Below are positions 1 through 10,222 of a DNA stretch of 64,000 nt, piece by piece (position 1 is the stretch's first letter; every line of letters starts with the position of its first letter). Under the pieces are notes generated by a model, which ran no database searches, was not told the origin of the DNA, and saw only the letters and a program-made list of their open reading frames with translations. Source of the DNA: an uncultured Chloroflexia bacterium (GTDB lineage Bacteria; Chloroflexota; Limnocylindria; Limnocylindrales; CSP1-4); assembly GCA_963766735.1 (NCBI GenBank), contig CAVYBU010000025.1, positions 32,001-96,000 on the forward strand, given 5' to 3'. The position numbers were made by a program, and so were the translations under genes.

Positions 1-375
1 CTCCGGCGCGGCTGGGGGCCTGACGCCGCCACTGTCCGGGCTGCACTGGCCTCGCTACTCACGGCCGCCCTGTTCCTGGACGTCCTTTCGAACCGCAAGC
101 AGGTGTGGCTCGTGATCGGGCTCGCCGCGGGCCTCGCGTTGCTGGCCCGAGCGAAGCAACAGAAGGTCTCGAGACGATCGTCTGCCTCGCAGCCCGACCC
201 GACCGAGAGCAATGAGGGTTGGATTCCATTTGACTCCGCCGAAACGCCCGATGGGATCATGATGGCGTCAGAATCGGCCGTCGTTGGAGGCACCACACGA
301 CCCGCCATGGCGCGGTTCCCAATGAAGCCAGCTCCACCGGTGGCCTTCGCCCGCGGCCGAGCCGATGACCGCTGA
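1..375 (+). CDS. 3' end of a membrane protein, probably an O-antigen polymerase/ligase (partial, starts before the window)
   Basis: Frame is open from position 1: ...ATVRAALASLLTAALFLDVLSNRKQVWLVIGLAAGLALL..., two hydrophobic helices, in a polysaccharide locus. Confidence 0.5.
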   Translation, partial: LRRGWGPDAATVRAALASLLTAALFLDVLSNRKQVWLVIGLAAGLALLARAKQQKVSRRSSASQPDPTESNEGWIPFDSAETPDGIMMASESAVVGGTTRPAMARFPMKPAPPVAFARGRADDR

Positions 376-387
376 ACCCCTGGACGC

Positions 388-2427
388 TCAGCCGTGCACG
401 GTCGGGTGCGTGGCCGTCGGCCCGCGGCCGGCTCCTCGCGAGTCGCCGCTGAGCGAGCTGCGCGAGCGTGGCTGGCCGTCGTTGGCAGCCTCCCACGTGG
501 ACTGGCCGCCGACGCCCGGAGCATCGGGCCACAGCATCCTCAGCCACGCTTCCGTGATGAACAGCCGCCACAGGTGATCGGTCTTCCTTCCGCCGCCAAG
601 CCCCTCCGCCAGGACCCGCTCGATCTCGGCCGGTGTAACCCAACCCCGTTGCGCGATCTGGCCGTCTCGCACAAGATCGGCTACCTCGGTTCCTCCGGCG
701 GCCAGCCAGGCGCGTTCAGGGACCTCGAATCCCATCTTGTCGCGCCGGCGCGCCACCGCCGGGGGTAGTCGCGGACCGATCGCCCGGCGCAGGATCGCCT
801 TGGTGACGCCTTGATCCACTCGGAGCCTGTCCGGAAGGCGGACTGCCAGTTCGACCAGGCGCACGTCGAGGAACGGGACCCGCGCCTCGACGCCGAACGC
901 CATGCTGTTGCGGTCTTCGTAACGGAGAAGCGCGGGGAGCCCCACGGCTGAGACGGCGTGCCAGAGGCGGGTCGCGAGAAACGTGCCGGGCTCTCGATGG
1001 GCGTCTGCGGCCGCGGTCTCCCCTACGAGCGGACCCGTGCCCCGTATGCCGAACCGGCCACCGGATGCGGTGCGGACCGCCTCGACGACGCCCCGAGGCA
1101 GGGCGGCATGGAGTGCCGTCCACATCGCGGAGCCGGCGGAGGCAGGCCCGCGGGCGACCTGTGCACGAAGCTCCCGGGCTGCATCGAGAGGATGCGCGGC
1201 GAACAGCAGGCCCGCAGATCGAACGCCGAGGTAGAGGTCGTAGCCGCCGAGCAGTTCGTCGGCGCCCTGCCCGTCCAGGAGGACCTTGATCCCCTCGCCG
1301 TGCGCAGCCGCCATGACGGCATGCTGCGCGACGATCGACCCGGAGGTGAACGGCTCACCCTGAGCCTGGAGCACGGGCAAGACGCTTCGGAGTAGGGGGT
1401 ACCCGCCGGGCGTCGTGTGTATGAGGCGCATCCCGGCCTTGCGAGCCACGAGCTCAGCGTAGGCCGACTCGTCGATGCCGTCTGATGGGAACCGCGCGTG
1501 AAAACCGAGGCGCGGAGCCGCTGCATGATCAGGGTCCTGACTACCCGCCCGCAGCTCCGCGACGGTCGTGACGATCGATGACGAGTCGAGTCCGCCCGAC
1601 AGGCACGTTCCGATGGGCACGTCGGACCGCAGTCGGAGTCGGACCGACGAGTCGAAAATGTCGCGGAATTCCTCGACGAGCTCCTCGTCGCGCCTCCGAT
1701 CCCCGACGCCAACAGCGGGGCGGCCATCATCTGCAAGTGCAGGTGGCCCCCAGTAGCGGGTGAGCCGTTCGCTCGCGCCTTCGATGACGAGGAAGTGGGC
1801 CGATGGCAAGGCGGTCACGCCGTCGAGGAAGGTCTCAGTGGAGTGATCCGTCCAGCCGCGCGCCAAGAAGTCGTGCACGACGCCGAGGCGGGGCTCGGGA
1901 ATCCATGCGTCATCGGGATCCAGCGCTGACGCGGCGATGAAGGCGGTCGGCTCGCTCGCGAACGCGAGGGAGCGCCGGGTCCGGCGCAGGTAGATCGGCT
2001 TGACGCCGATCCGGTCACGGGCAAGCAGCAGTCGCTGCCGCTCACCATCCCATAGCGCAAACGCAAACATCCCGTTAAATCGGGAGACGGCGTCCAGACC
2101 CCAACGGTCGTAGGCAGCGAGGATGATCTCGGTGTCTGTTCCGGTGGTGATCTGCTCGCCGTGGTCGCGAAGCTCCGCCGCGAGCTCGAGGTAGTTGTAG
2201 ACCTCGCCGTTGTGCACGAGCAGGTTCCGACCGCGGGACATCGGCTGCGCGCCCGCTTCGGTCGGATCGAGAATGCTCAGCCGCCGGTGCCCAAGGCCGA
2301 TAGGTCCGTCGACATGGATCCCGGACCCGTCCGGTCCCCGATGGCCCAGCACGCCGACCATCCGCTCGAGGGGATCGCGGCCGACCGGCCCTCCATCGAA
2401 CCTGAGGATGCCTGCGATTCCACACAC
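388..2427 (-). CDS. asnB: Asparagine synthase (glutamine-hydrolysing) family amidotransferase
   Basis: N-terminal MCGIAG, GHRRLSILD, HNGEVYNY, LSGGLDSS, DGQGADE, EARVPFLD motifs. Confidence 0.93.
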   Translation of the reverse strand: MCGIAGILRFDGGPVGRDPLERMVGVLGHRGPDGSGIHVDGPIGLGHRRLSILDPTEAGAQPMSRGRNLLVHNGEVYNYLELAAELRDHGEQITTGTDTEIILAAYDRWGLDAVSRFNGMFAFALWDGERQRLLLARDRIGVKPIYLRRTRRSLAFASEPTAFIAASALDPDDAWIPEPRLGVVHDFLARGWTDHSTETFLDGVTALPSAHFLVIEGASERLTRYWGPPALADDGRPAVGVGDRRRDEELVEEFRDIFDSSVRLRLRSDVPIGTCLSGGLDSSSIVTTVAELRAGSQDPDHAAAPRLGFHARFPSDGIDESAYAELVARKAGMRLIHTTPGGYPLLRSVLPVLQAQGEPFTSGSIVAQHAVMAAAHGEGIKVLLDGQGADELLGGYDLYLGVRSAGLLFAAHPLDAARELRAQVARGPASAGSAMWTALHAALPRGVVEAVRTASGGRFGIRGTGPLVGETAAADAHREPGTFLATRLWHAVSAVGLPALLRYEDRNSMAFGVEARVPFLDVRLVELAVRLPDRLRVDQGVTKAILRRAIGPRLPPAVARRRDKMGFEVPERAWLAAGGTEVADLVRDGQIAQRGWVTPAEIERVLAEGLGGGRKTDHLWRLFITEAWLRMLWPDAPGVGGQSTWEAANDGQPRSRSSLSGDSRGAGRGPTATHPTVHG

Positions 2428-2429
2428 GA

Positions 2430-3803
2430 CTAGCCAGCCCTCGCTGCGTCACGAGCCATTGGAAGACGATACAGGCCCGGGAGGCCGATGCTGTGTGCGC
2501 GGATCACACGTTTCCATCGGTCCTCCGCGTCGCCGACCACTCGCCGATATCCTTCCAGCAGAGACTGCGCCTCTGATTCCCAGTTCCAGCGCAGCCGCGC
2601 CGCAGCGCTGCAACGGCGCCTGAGGTCGACCTGGGACTCCGCGTCCAGGTCGAGGATCGATCGGATCGCGCGGGCGAGCGCCGCCGGATCGGTTGGGTCG
2701 CACACGGCGCCGAGCGGCCCGAGCGGGTCGTCCAGGATAATCCGCCGACGCTCGGGGAAGTCCGACGAGACGACAGGCAGGCCCGCCGCGATCGATTCGA
2801 ACAACTTGTTCGGGCTCGAGAGCCGCTCGTTCAGCGTGCGCGGCTGGTTCGGCATCACGCCGACGTCGGCGGACGCCACCCAGGGCAGGAGGTCCGCGGG
2901 AGAGACGGCATCGAGGACATGAACTCGGCTCCGACGAATCTCGGCCCACTCGCGAGATCGCGGAGCCGATAGCGATCCGGGCCGAAGCCCATGAGCACTA
3001 GGTGGGCACGCTCGAGGCCCGGCTCGAGCATCGCCTGGAGCAGCGTGTCAAGCCCCCGGTCTCCGCCTAGTAGCCCGTGGTAGAGGACGACCGGCTCGGC
3101 TGGAGCGAGCCCTAGGGCGTCGCGGATGAGGGTCGGTCGCGGATCTGGCGTGGGCCACGCCGGCACGCAGTTGTGGACCACCGCAATTGACCGAGGACGC
3201 TGGTGCTCGAGGGCGTAGGCCGCCAGGCTCTCGTTGACGGTGACCAGGAGGATCGCTTTCCGCACGAGGCGACGCTCGTACCAGCTCAGGCAGCCAGCGC
3301 AGCGGCCCCGGAAGGCGAGCGCCCGCGCCGGATTCGAGGACGAGATCGTGCATGTCGTACACGAGCGCCGCGTCCGCCGGCCTAGCCATGCCGGCAGCGA
3401 CGAGACCGGTGAAGTCGTGCGCATGCCAGACGTCGAAGGTTGTCGAGGTGCCGGAGATCGCATGTGCCCATGTCCTGAGGTTCCGGGCATACGCGGCCAG
3501 GAAAGCCAGCCTCGCCGCGTTGCGCCCGAGCCCTCTCGGCGTGGCGACTAGGCTGGACGCGTCCGGCGACTCGGGTCGGCGACCGGTCCTGACCACAGCG
3601 AGATCGACTCGTGGGTCCAGCATCGACGGCGCTGCGTGCGATCCCTCCGTGCAGAAGACCGTGACGGAGTGGCCGGCCCCAACGAGCGAGTTGGCTTCGC
3701 GTTGCACGCGGCTATCGAACGTGATGTCGCCGTACAGGATCATCGCCACGCGGAGCGGCCGGCTCGTTGTGGCATCGCCCGGCTTCTCCGTCGGCACGGT
3801 CAA
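2430..3803 (-). CDS. Glycosyltransferase family 4 (two frameshifts, about 3290 and 2920)
   Basis: Three consecutive frames: DSRVQREANSL...HAHD; VVHNCVP...LYHG; SPNKLFESIAAGLPVV. Confidence 0.8.
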
Positions 3804-4374
3804 GGCGCGTCACCCGACCGTCCGCCGGCCGACCTGTCGTGTGGCAGCAGATGCCGTGCGTTCGTGTCGACGTCGTGAACGGCGCGCACATGGACACCTA
3901 GGCGTTGCGCGCCGAGCTCGGCTTCCGGACGATGGGCGATGAACCTAGACAGCGCCGCGGCCACTTCCGCGGCGGCCGCGGCTCGCTGATCGTCGAGCGG
4001 GCGCCTGCTGGGACGACCGTTGCGAGCCTTCCCTGTGAGTCCGAGTTGGTCTTCGGCGAGAAGTGGTACGGCCCGGTGTGGGCGCGGTTGCTCGCGTGGT
4101 ATCGCTGCCATGTCTTCTTCCACCTGATCAACGCTCTGCGACGGACGGGCGGGCGAGATCCGATCGACGCTGATCCTCTTCGCGCTCCGGGGTGAAGGTA
4201 CCTCCGTCGAGTGGATGTAGGCTGCGAGGAACTGGGCCGGCAGTGACTGGGCGGGGATGCTCGAAATCTCCGATGATCTGTCTTGGCTGATCGCGGTACT
4301 GAATCCGCAGGTGACCCGCACCTTGAGGCTCGGAAGCTGGATCAGGATCCACGTGCGTGGAAGTCTCCCACCTT

Positions 4375-5627
4375 CTAGGGATCTGTGGGCCGATTTATTC
4401 GTCGGGAGACGCACAACTCCCGCAGTTCCTGGGCCCATGCAGGGTAGACATCGTCAGCACGGTAGTTCCGGGCCCAGTGATCTCGCCGTGCCGCTCCTTC
4501 CTCAGCGGGACGTGCGTACGCACGTAGGATTGCTTGCGCCAGTGTGGACACCCCATCTTCTGCGGATACCAATTCATTGAACCGTGCTGGGGCAACTTCC
4601 GGGGTGCCCCCGACGGCGGTGGCGACAACTGGCATTCCGACACACTGCGCCTCCATGAGGGAGACCGGAGCACCCTCCGAGAGCGAGAGGTTGATGAAGA
4701 CATCGTGGTTGCCGGAACGCAGCTCCCGATGGACCACCTCGGCGGGAACGTGCCCCTTGATCGCAACGGTGAGCTGCCGCGGTCCACTGCCGACGAGTTG
4801 GTCCAGTTCTGCCCTCCCGGGGCCGTCCCCGTAGTGAGTCCACTCCACCTCCGAGCCTGAACGCGCCAGCTCGCAGGCGACGTCCCAGATGAGCGGCACT
4901 CGCTTGTTCTGGTCGATGGACGAGGCGCTGAGGAGGCGCATTGCTCCGCGCCTCGATCGCGGTGCTGGCCCACCTAGGTCAACGATCCCCAGCCGGCGCA
5001 CGACGATCCGAGACGCCAACTCGGGGAACCGGCCGACCAGGTTCTCACGCCCATCCAAGGACACAGTCGCGAGCCGGTCGACGGATCGAGCAGCAGCCTC
5101 CTGGAAGGGGATCGAGCGCCACCCGTGCTGGGCGGGGTAGAGGTCGCCACCGTGGACCCTGCTGACGAGCGGCACATCGGGCCACGCATCCCGCAGCCCC
5201 ACCGTCGCAGGGCTGAGCCAGAAGGTGTACGCGACATCGGGCGCCGGCAATCGCGCCGCCCAGTTGGCCACGGACGTGGAATTGGATCGCCCAATCAGGC
5301 TTGATCGGATCCATGCCCGATTGCGCCAGTCAGCGACCAGGTCTCCTGCGGAGAAGCCGAAACCGTGCCGGTTCGGCCGAGCGCCTCGCACGGCCGCAGT
5401 CAGCCGGCGGGAAGAGTGAGAACACTTCAACCGCGTGCGCTCCAGGTGTTGCGCAAGCGTGTAGTCCACTCTCACCTGTTGGGGCAAAGGGGGGTGAGCG
5501 CTGCTCTTGGGCGCATCGGTGCGACGACAATCCGGTTGAAGGCCCCCGCTAGATGACGGATTTCGTCATCTAGGAACTCCGGGACGGTCACGTTCGGCCA
5601 CGAGGACGTGACGATCAGGAGTTCCAT
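4375..5627 (-). CDS. Glycosyltransferase family 4 (frameshift at the homopolymer near 5490)
   Basis: MELLIVTSSWP...EFLDDEI N-terminus joins the 4375..5487 frame containing RVHGGDLY and SEGAPVSLMEA. Confidence 0.8.
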
Positions 5628-5666
5628 TCGTTCTGTTTCCCAGTGATGCGGGCGTGCCCGTTGGTG

Positions 5667-6810
5667 TCAGCGGTAGACGGCGATGGGCCGGCCAGTGAGA
5701 CGCCCGATGAGGGATTGCGCCGACTTCAGCCGAGCATAAGGCCTATCCCAGTTGTCGAACTCCGTGTAGTGGTGGATGGGAAGGCTCATCAACTCATCGA
5801 GATCCGACTCGCTGATGCGCAGCTTCCTGCAGATGTACTGGCGGTCGCGCCGGAGTTCATCGGCGTCGTAGAGCGGCTCGGTGAGGAGATCAAGTGCCCG
5901 ATCACGAGTGATCGCTCCGGATGCGATCTGGGTTGACAGATGCGGCCGACGCTTGTCGTAGCCGAACTTCGTCGGCAGGTAGTAGTTCTGGAAGAACCTG
6001 GTGAAGAGCGACTTCACCATGCTTCCGTGGATACGCCCGCCAGCCGATCCGCTCCAATTCCGCTACCGCGTTACTCCGAGAGTACGGAAGGTAGTTCAGG
6101 AGCCTCAGTGGTGTCATCCTCTTCACGATCGGGTACCAGAAGAAGTACTGGCTGAAGGTGATGATCGGGTATTCGGCAAGAGGCTGTGTCCCGAACTGGG
6201 AGTGGATGGCCTTCAGGCTCCGGGCGTCCATAGCCGCGCCCTCCCAAGCGCGGGGGTAGATGCCCTCGGTCGCGGCGTTCCCGCCGTTGATGACGTAGCG
6301 GATGTCGTTCTCAACTGCGAACCGATAGAGGCCGGCGAAGAACGCGTGATCCTGGGGGACATCCTGATTGGCCACAGCAGACCGGAGGTAGGACAACTGC
6401 AGTTCGCGCATGTCCTCCCAGTTCACCACGTGGGTATGCAGGTCGTAGCGGCAGTAGGTGATGACTCTTTCGATGTTCTGTACTGCCAGCTCACTGTTCC
6501 AGCCGCCGTCGATGTGCACCACGAGGGGACGGAGTCCCCAGTCGTGCGCCTGGACGGCAAGGAAGGAACTGTCGACCCCACCACTAATCCCAAGTATCGA
6601 GTCGTATTCCTTCCCCACGCCCTCGCGCCTGACACGATCGATGGTGCGTTCGAGCCTGCGAGCACCCTCTTCGTCGGGGAACCAGACCGTCCCGCGAAGG
6701 CCCTCGAAGTCCCGGCAGTGATTGCATCGTCCGTTGTCGTCGAACTCGATGAGTGGATCGGTAGTGTCCATGACACAGGAGGTGCAGACTTGGTAATCAA
6801 GCTGAGTCAT
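5667..6810 (-). CDS. wbuX: N-acetyl sugar amidotransferase, WbuX-like (frameshift near 6020)
   Basis: CTSCVMDTTDP, CNHC, PP-loop ISGGVDSS, DVPQDH, C-terminal FGYDKRR. Confidence 0.88.
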
Positions 6811-7573
6811 CGACGGTCCCCAAGAGTCCGGAGAGAACGGCGTAGCCGGGGTAGGTGATCAGAACCGCTCGCCGGGGGCCATGGAAGACGAAGAACGATC
6901 CGCATCCCACGGCGTCGGCGCCGGCTCGTATCGCTTCCTTGATGTGGGCCAATGACCCAACCCCGCCGACAGCGACAAGTGGCACCGTCGTTGCGTCGGC
7001 GGCTTCCGAGATCAGGCCTGTGTCCATTCCTGCCATGCTTCCGTCACGGTCGACGGAGTTGAGCAGGATCTCGCCGGCGCCCGCGTCGATCGCTCGGCGT
7101 AGGTGGCCGACCCAGTCGAGACTGCCGTGGAGATCGCTACCTGGGCAGAAGACGGAGCTGCGGCCAAACCGGCCTCGGAGCACATCGATAGAGACGGTCA
7201 CGGACGAGGAGCCAGCGTAAGTGGCGATGGCAGTCACGGCGGGAAGGTTGGTCGCTGCCGTGGAGCGAAGGATGACCTTCTCCACCCCTAGGTTGAAGAG
7301 CCTCTTCGCGTCGTCAAGGCCTCGGATTCCGCCTCCGTAGGCCAAAGGCATGAAGCACTCCGACGCCACATCCTGCACGAGCTCGAAGTTGGGCCCCCGA
7401 TCCATCGGGGTCGCGTTGATGTCGAGCAGGGCGAGTTCATCGACCTCCTTCTCGTTGAAGATCCGGATGGCGTTGATGGGGTCTCCGACGTAGGTCGGCT
7501 GATCGAATCCCGTGGTCTTCACCAGCCCGTGATCCTTCACGAGGAGCACCGGGATCACTCGGTTGCTCAGCAT
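6797..7573 (-). CDS. wbuZ: HisF2/WbuZ-like cyclase-fold subunit of a sugar-modification amidotransferase
   Basis: RVIPVLL..GLVKT, YVGDPINAIRIFNEKEVDEL, ECFMPLAYGGG; adjacent to wbuX. Confidence 0.88.
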   Translation of the reverse strand: MLSNRVIPVLLVKDHGLVKTTGFDQPTYVGDPINAIRIFNEKEVDELALLDINATPMDRGPNFELVQDVASECFMPLAYGGGIRGLDDAKRLFNLGVEKVILRSTAATNLPAVTAIATYAGSSSVTVSIDVLRGRFGRSSVFCPGSDLHGSLDWVGHLRRAIDAGAGEILLNSVDRDGSMAGMDTGLISEAADATTVPLVAVGGVGSLAHIKEAIRAGADAVGCGSFFVFHGPRRAVLITYPGYAVLSGLLGTVDDSA

Positions 7574-8169
7574 GGTAGCTCAGCCCAGCGGGAGAGGAGG
7601 GACATGCCGAACCGATGGCTCTTCTCCGGATGGAATTGGACTCCGCGGGTGTTCGCACGCCGGTACGCGGACGTGAACTCCACACCGTAATGAGTTCTCC
7701 CGATCTCCAGCGACGGGTCGTCACACACAGCACGATAGGAGTGGGTGAAGTAGTAGCGGAGTTGGGGTAGGCCTGGGTCGAAGATCGGGTCGTTCCCGAT
7801 CGGGATCACGCGGTTCCACCCCATGTGCGGAACTCGTAGCGATGAGGCCGTGAACCGCTCGAATCGGGCGGGCACGCGACCAAGCCCACGCGCGTCGCCC
7901 TCCTCACTTGATTCGCCCAGCAACTGCATGCCCAAGCAGATGCCGAGCAGGTGTGTGGAGGAGGGCAGTGCCCGCAGATGATCGAACCACCCAGAATCCC
8001 GCAGTCGGTGGACTCCCTCGTCATAGGAGCCCACCCCGGGGAGGATATAGCGGTCGTTCGCGTCGAGACCGCTCGGTGACGAGCGGAGCTCAGCACGATG
8101 CCCCAACCGGTCGAGCATGTTCCGGACTGAGGCGACATTGCCCAGCCCCGCGTCAACGATCACGAGCAC
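7567..8169 (-). CDS. wbuY: HisH2/WbuY-like glutamine amidotransferase
   Basis: GLGNVASV, LPGVG, GICLGMQ, PHMGWN, QFHPEKS; GTG start 6 nt after a TACCAT -10 box. Confidence 0.88.
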   Translation of the reverse strand: MLVIVDAGLGNVASVRNMLDRLGHRAELRSSPSGLDANDRYILPGVGSYDEGVHRLRDSGWFDHLRALPSSTHLLGICLGMQLLGESSEEGDARGLGRVPARFERFTASSLRVPHMGWNRVIPIGNDPIFDPGLPQLRYYFTHSYRAVCDDPSLEIGRTHYGVEFTSAYRRANTRGVQFHPEKSHRFGMSLLSRWAELPC

Positions 8170-8175
8170 CGCCGA

Positions 8176-8730
8176 ATGGTACCCCCATGCTGAAGGAGCA
8201 GGCCGCCCGGCTGGTGGCCGAGACCATCGCTGAGCAGAGCGGCCAGCGCCACGGTGCCGTGGGCAAGGTCGCGAAGCAACAGGGCATCGGGCCCGAGTCA
8301 CTCCGGCATTGGGTCGACCAGGCCGAGATCGACGCCGGCACCCGACGCGGCCTGTCCACCGCCGACCGCGACCCGATCCGCGAGCTCGAGTCTCGCGCTT
8401 GACGCGCTCGAGATGGCGCTGTGGTCCCGGGGCCTGACCTGGGCGGCGTCGTCCACCACTCCGACCGCGTCCAGTACCGGTGGTCCGCTACACTGAGCGG
8501 CTCGCCGAGGCTGAGGCGGTGAGCTCGGTGGCCAGCCGGGGCGACTCCCACGGCAACGGCCTGGCCGAGTCGGTGAACGGCGGTTCAAGGGCGAGCTCAT
8601 CGAGCGCCACAAGCCCTGGCGAAACGTCGAACACGTCGAAATCGCGACGCCCCGCTGGGTCGACTGGTGGAACCGGGCGCGGCTCCACTCGGCCTGACGC
8701 GACAAGTGTCGGGAGAACTCGGGAATGTCA
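8176..8730 (+). mobile_element. Degenerate, internally deleted IS3-family element
   Basis: OrfA HTH remnant (LKEQAARLV...GIGPESLRHWVDQAEID) joined to the OrfB integrase tail (ALDALEMA, VHHSD, YTERLAEA, NGLAESVNG, WVDWWN..RLHS); IR-like end AAGTGTCGGGAGAACTCGGGAATGTCA at 8704-8730. Confidence 0.85.
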
Positions 8731-9047
8731 ACGCGGGGGTTGCCATTTCCGAGGTCGCCGACGGATTCGAGGGGAAGGCAGGTAGGAGCCGTCGCGGATC
8801 CGCCGGAGGTCGAGAACGATCGTGCCCACCCGCGTGTCCGAAACGGCGGTCCCCGTACGGGTTGCGGTGGACTTGGCGGTGCTCCGGCGCTGCCGCCCGG
8901 CGAGCGGTTGACCTTCGAGGCGGCGGTGTGGGTCGATGGGGCGCAGCTACGATTGGATTAGGCTGGCAGCGGCGCTTGGATTTGGAAGAAAGTGCTGCCG
9001 ACCGGATCGCCGACCCACGGGTATTCGGCGGTGGGCCAAATCCTGGC

Positions 9048-10181
9048 TCACGGCGGGGGCTCAGGTTCGGCGCGTCGATGGGCCGCCTCCATCGGCGGTT
9101 CGACCACGGACGTAGTGGCAGCGGCCGGCTTCCTGGAAACTCGGCTTGCGAAGGCGGCTTGCCGTGCAGCGCGCAGCCCCCACCCAAATGAGTGTCGAAA
9201 ACGCCACACGCCGCCAAGCATCCCCATGCCGTAGGCGAAGTGCATAACAGGGAATGTGGCGGCCAGCAACGCAGCCGACAGGGGGCTCTTCCGATCGCGG
9301 TAGCGGGCTGCCGCACCGGCGGTTGTCACCGCGTACACGCCGAGCGCCAATGCGGTCCCGGAACGAGCCCTATGTGAGGTGACGCCCAGGATGGCACCTC
9401 CACCGAGCGTGGTCACCAGAGCAAGTGGGACGATGTGGCGGACTCGGGCCTGACGCGGATGCTCCTGGAGGACGCGGACCTTCCAGCACCCATAGTCGAA
9501 GTACTGGCGCCAGAGGGCGCCGAGCGTTGACCGACTCCGGTAGCAACTCTCGATCGCCGGGTCGCAGGCGATCCGCCCACCGTCATCGAGAAGCCGGTAG
9601 CTCAGCTCGTCATCCTGGTTTCGAACGAACTCCTCGTTGAACGGGTAACGCAGCCATGTCTCGCGCCGGGCGACGCCCATGAAGACGGTGTCGACGTAGG
9701 CCGGCTCTGTCAGGTAGTGATGACGTGCTCCACCCACGCCGAACGGGGTGCTGGTCGCGATCGCGATCGCGGCTCCGATCCGCGTGTCGGCCACGGCCCG
9801 GACCGGACCACCGACGATATCGGCTCCCATCCGCTCAAGAGCGTCAACCGCGCTCCGTACGTATCCCGACGCGAGTTCCGCGTGACCGCTGACGATCCCG
9901 ATGACCTCGCCGGACGCAGCTCGGATGCCCGCATTCCACGCCGCCGCCTGAACACGACGCGGATTCGTGTGCACTGCCCAGCCATCTCGCCCGATCGCGA
10001 ATGCACGGGAGATTTCCATCGAGTCGTCGGTCGAATCCCCGTCATACACGAGCACCTCGAGGCGGTCCGAGGGGTAGTCCTGATTGGCGATGGACGAAAG
10101 ACATCGCTTGATGCTCAGGCCCTCGTTCCGCATTGCCACCACGAGCGTGACCCTCGGTTGGGCGGAAGGGTCTAGTGTCAT
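9048..10181 (-). CDS. Glycosyltransferase family 2, ExoA-like
   Basis: VAMRNE, QDYP, DGDSTD, RNQDDEL, QYFDYG, C-terminal TM helices. Confidence 0.85.
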   Translation of the reverse strand: MTLDPSAQPRVTLVVAMRNEGLSIKRCLSSIANQDYPSDRLEVLVYDGDSTDDSMEISRAFAIGRDGWAVHTNPRRVQAAAWNAGIRAASGEVIGIVSGHAELASGYVRSAVDALERMGADIVGGPVRAVADTRIGAAIAIATSTPFGVGGARHHYLTEPAYVDTVFMGVARRETWLRYPFNEEFVRNQDDELSYRLLDDGGRIACDPAIESCYRSRSTLGALWRQYFDYGCWKVRVLQEHPRQARVRHIVPLALVTTLGGGAILGVTSHRARSGTALALGVYAVTTAGAAARYRDRKSPLSAALLAATFPVMHFAYGMGMLGGVWRFRHSFGWGLRAARQAAFASRVSRKPAAATTSVVEPPMEAAHRRAEPEPPP

Positions 10182-10222
10182 CGTGCTTTGTGGGGAAGCA
10201 AGCCGGGCGCGTCCGTCCGTGT

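Noticed and set aside
6797-8169. Histidine biosynthesis hisF/hisH
   Set aside because: Sequence signatures and linkage to wbuX mark them as glycan-modification paralogs
8731-9047. Small ORFs between the IS remnant and the GT2 gene
   Set aside because: Short, interrupted and without recognisable motifs; probably decayed sequence
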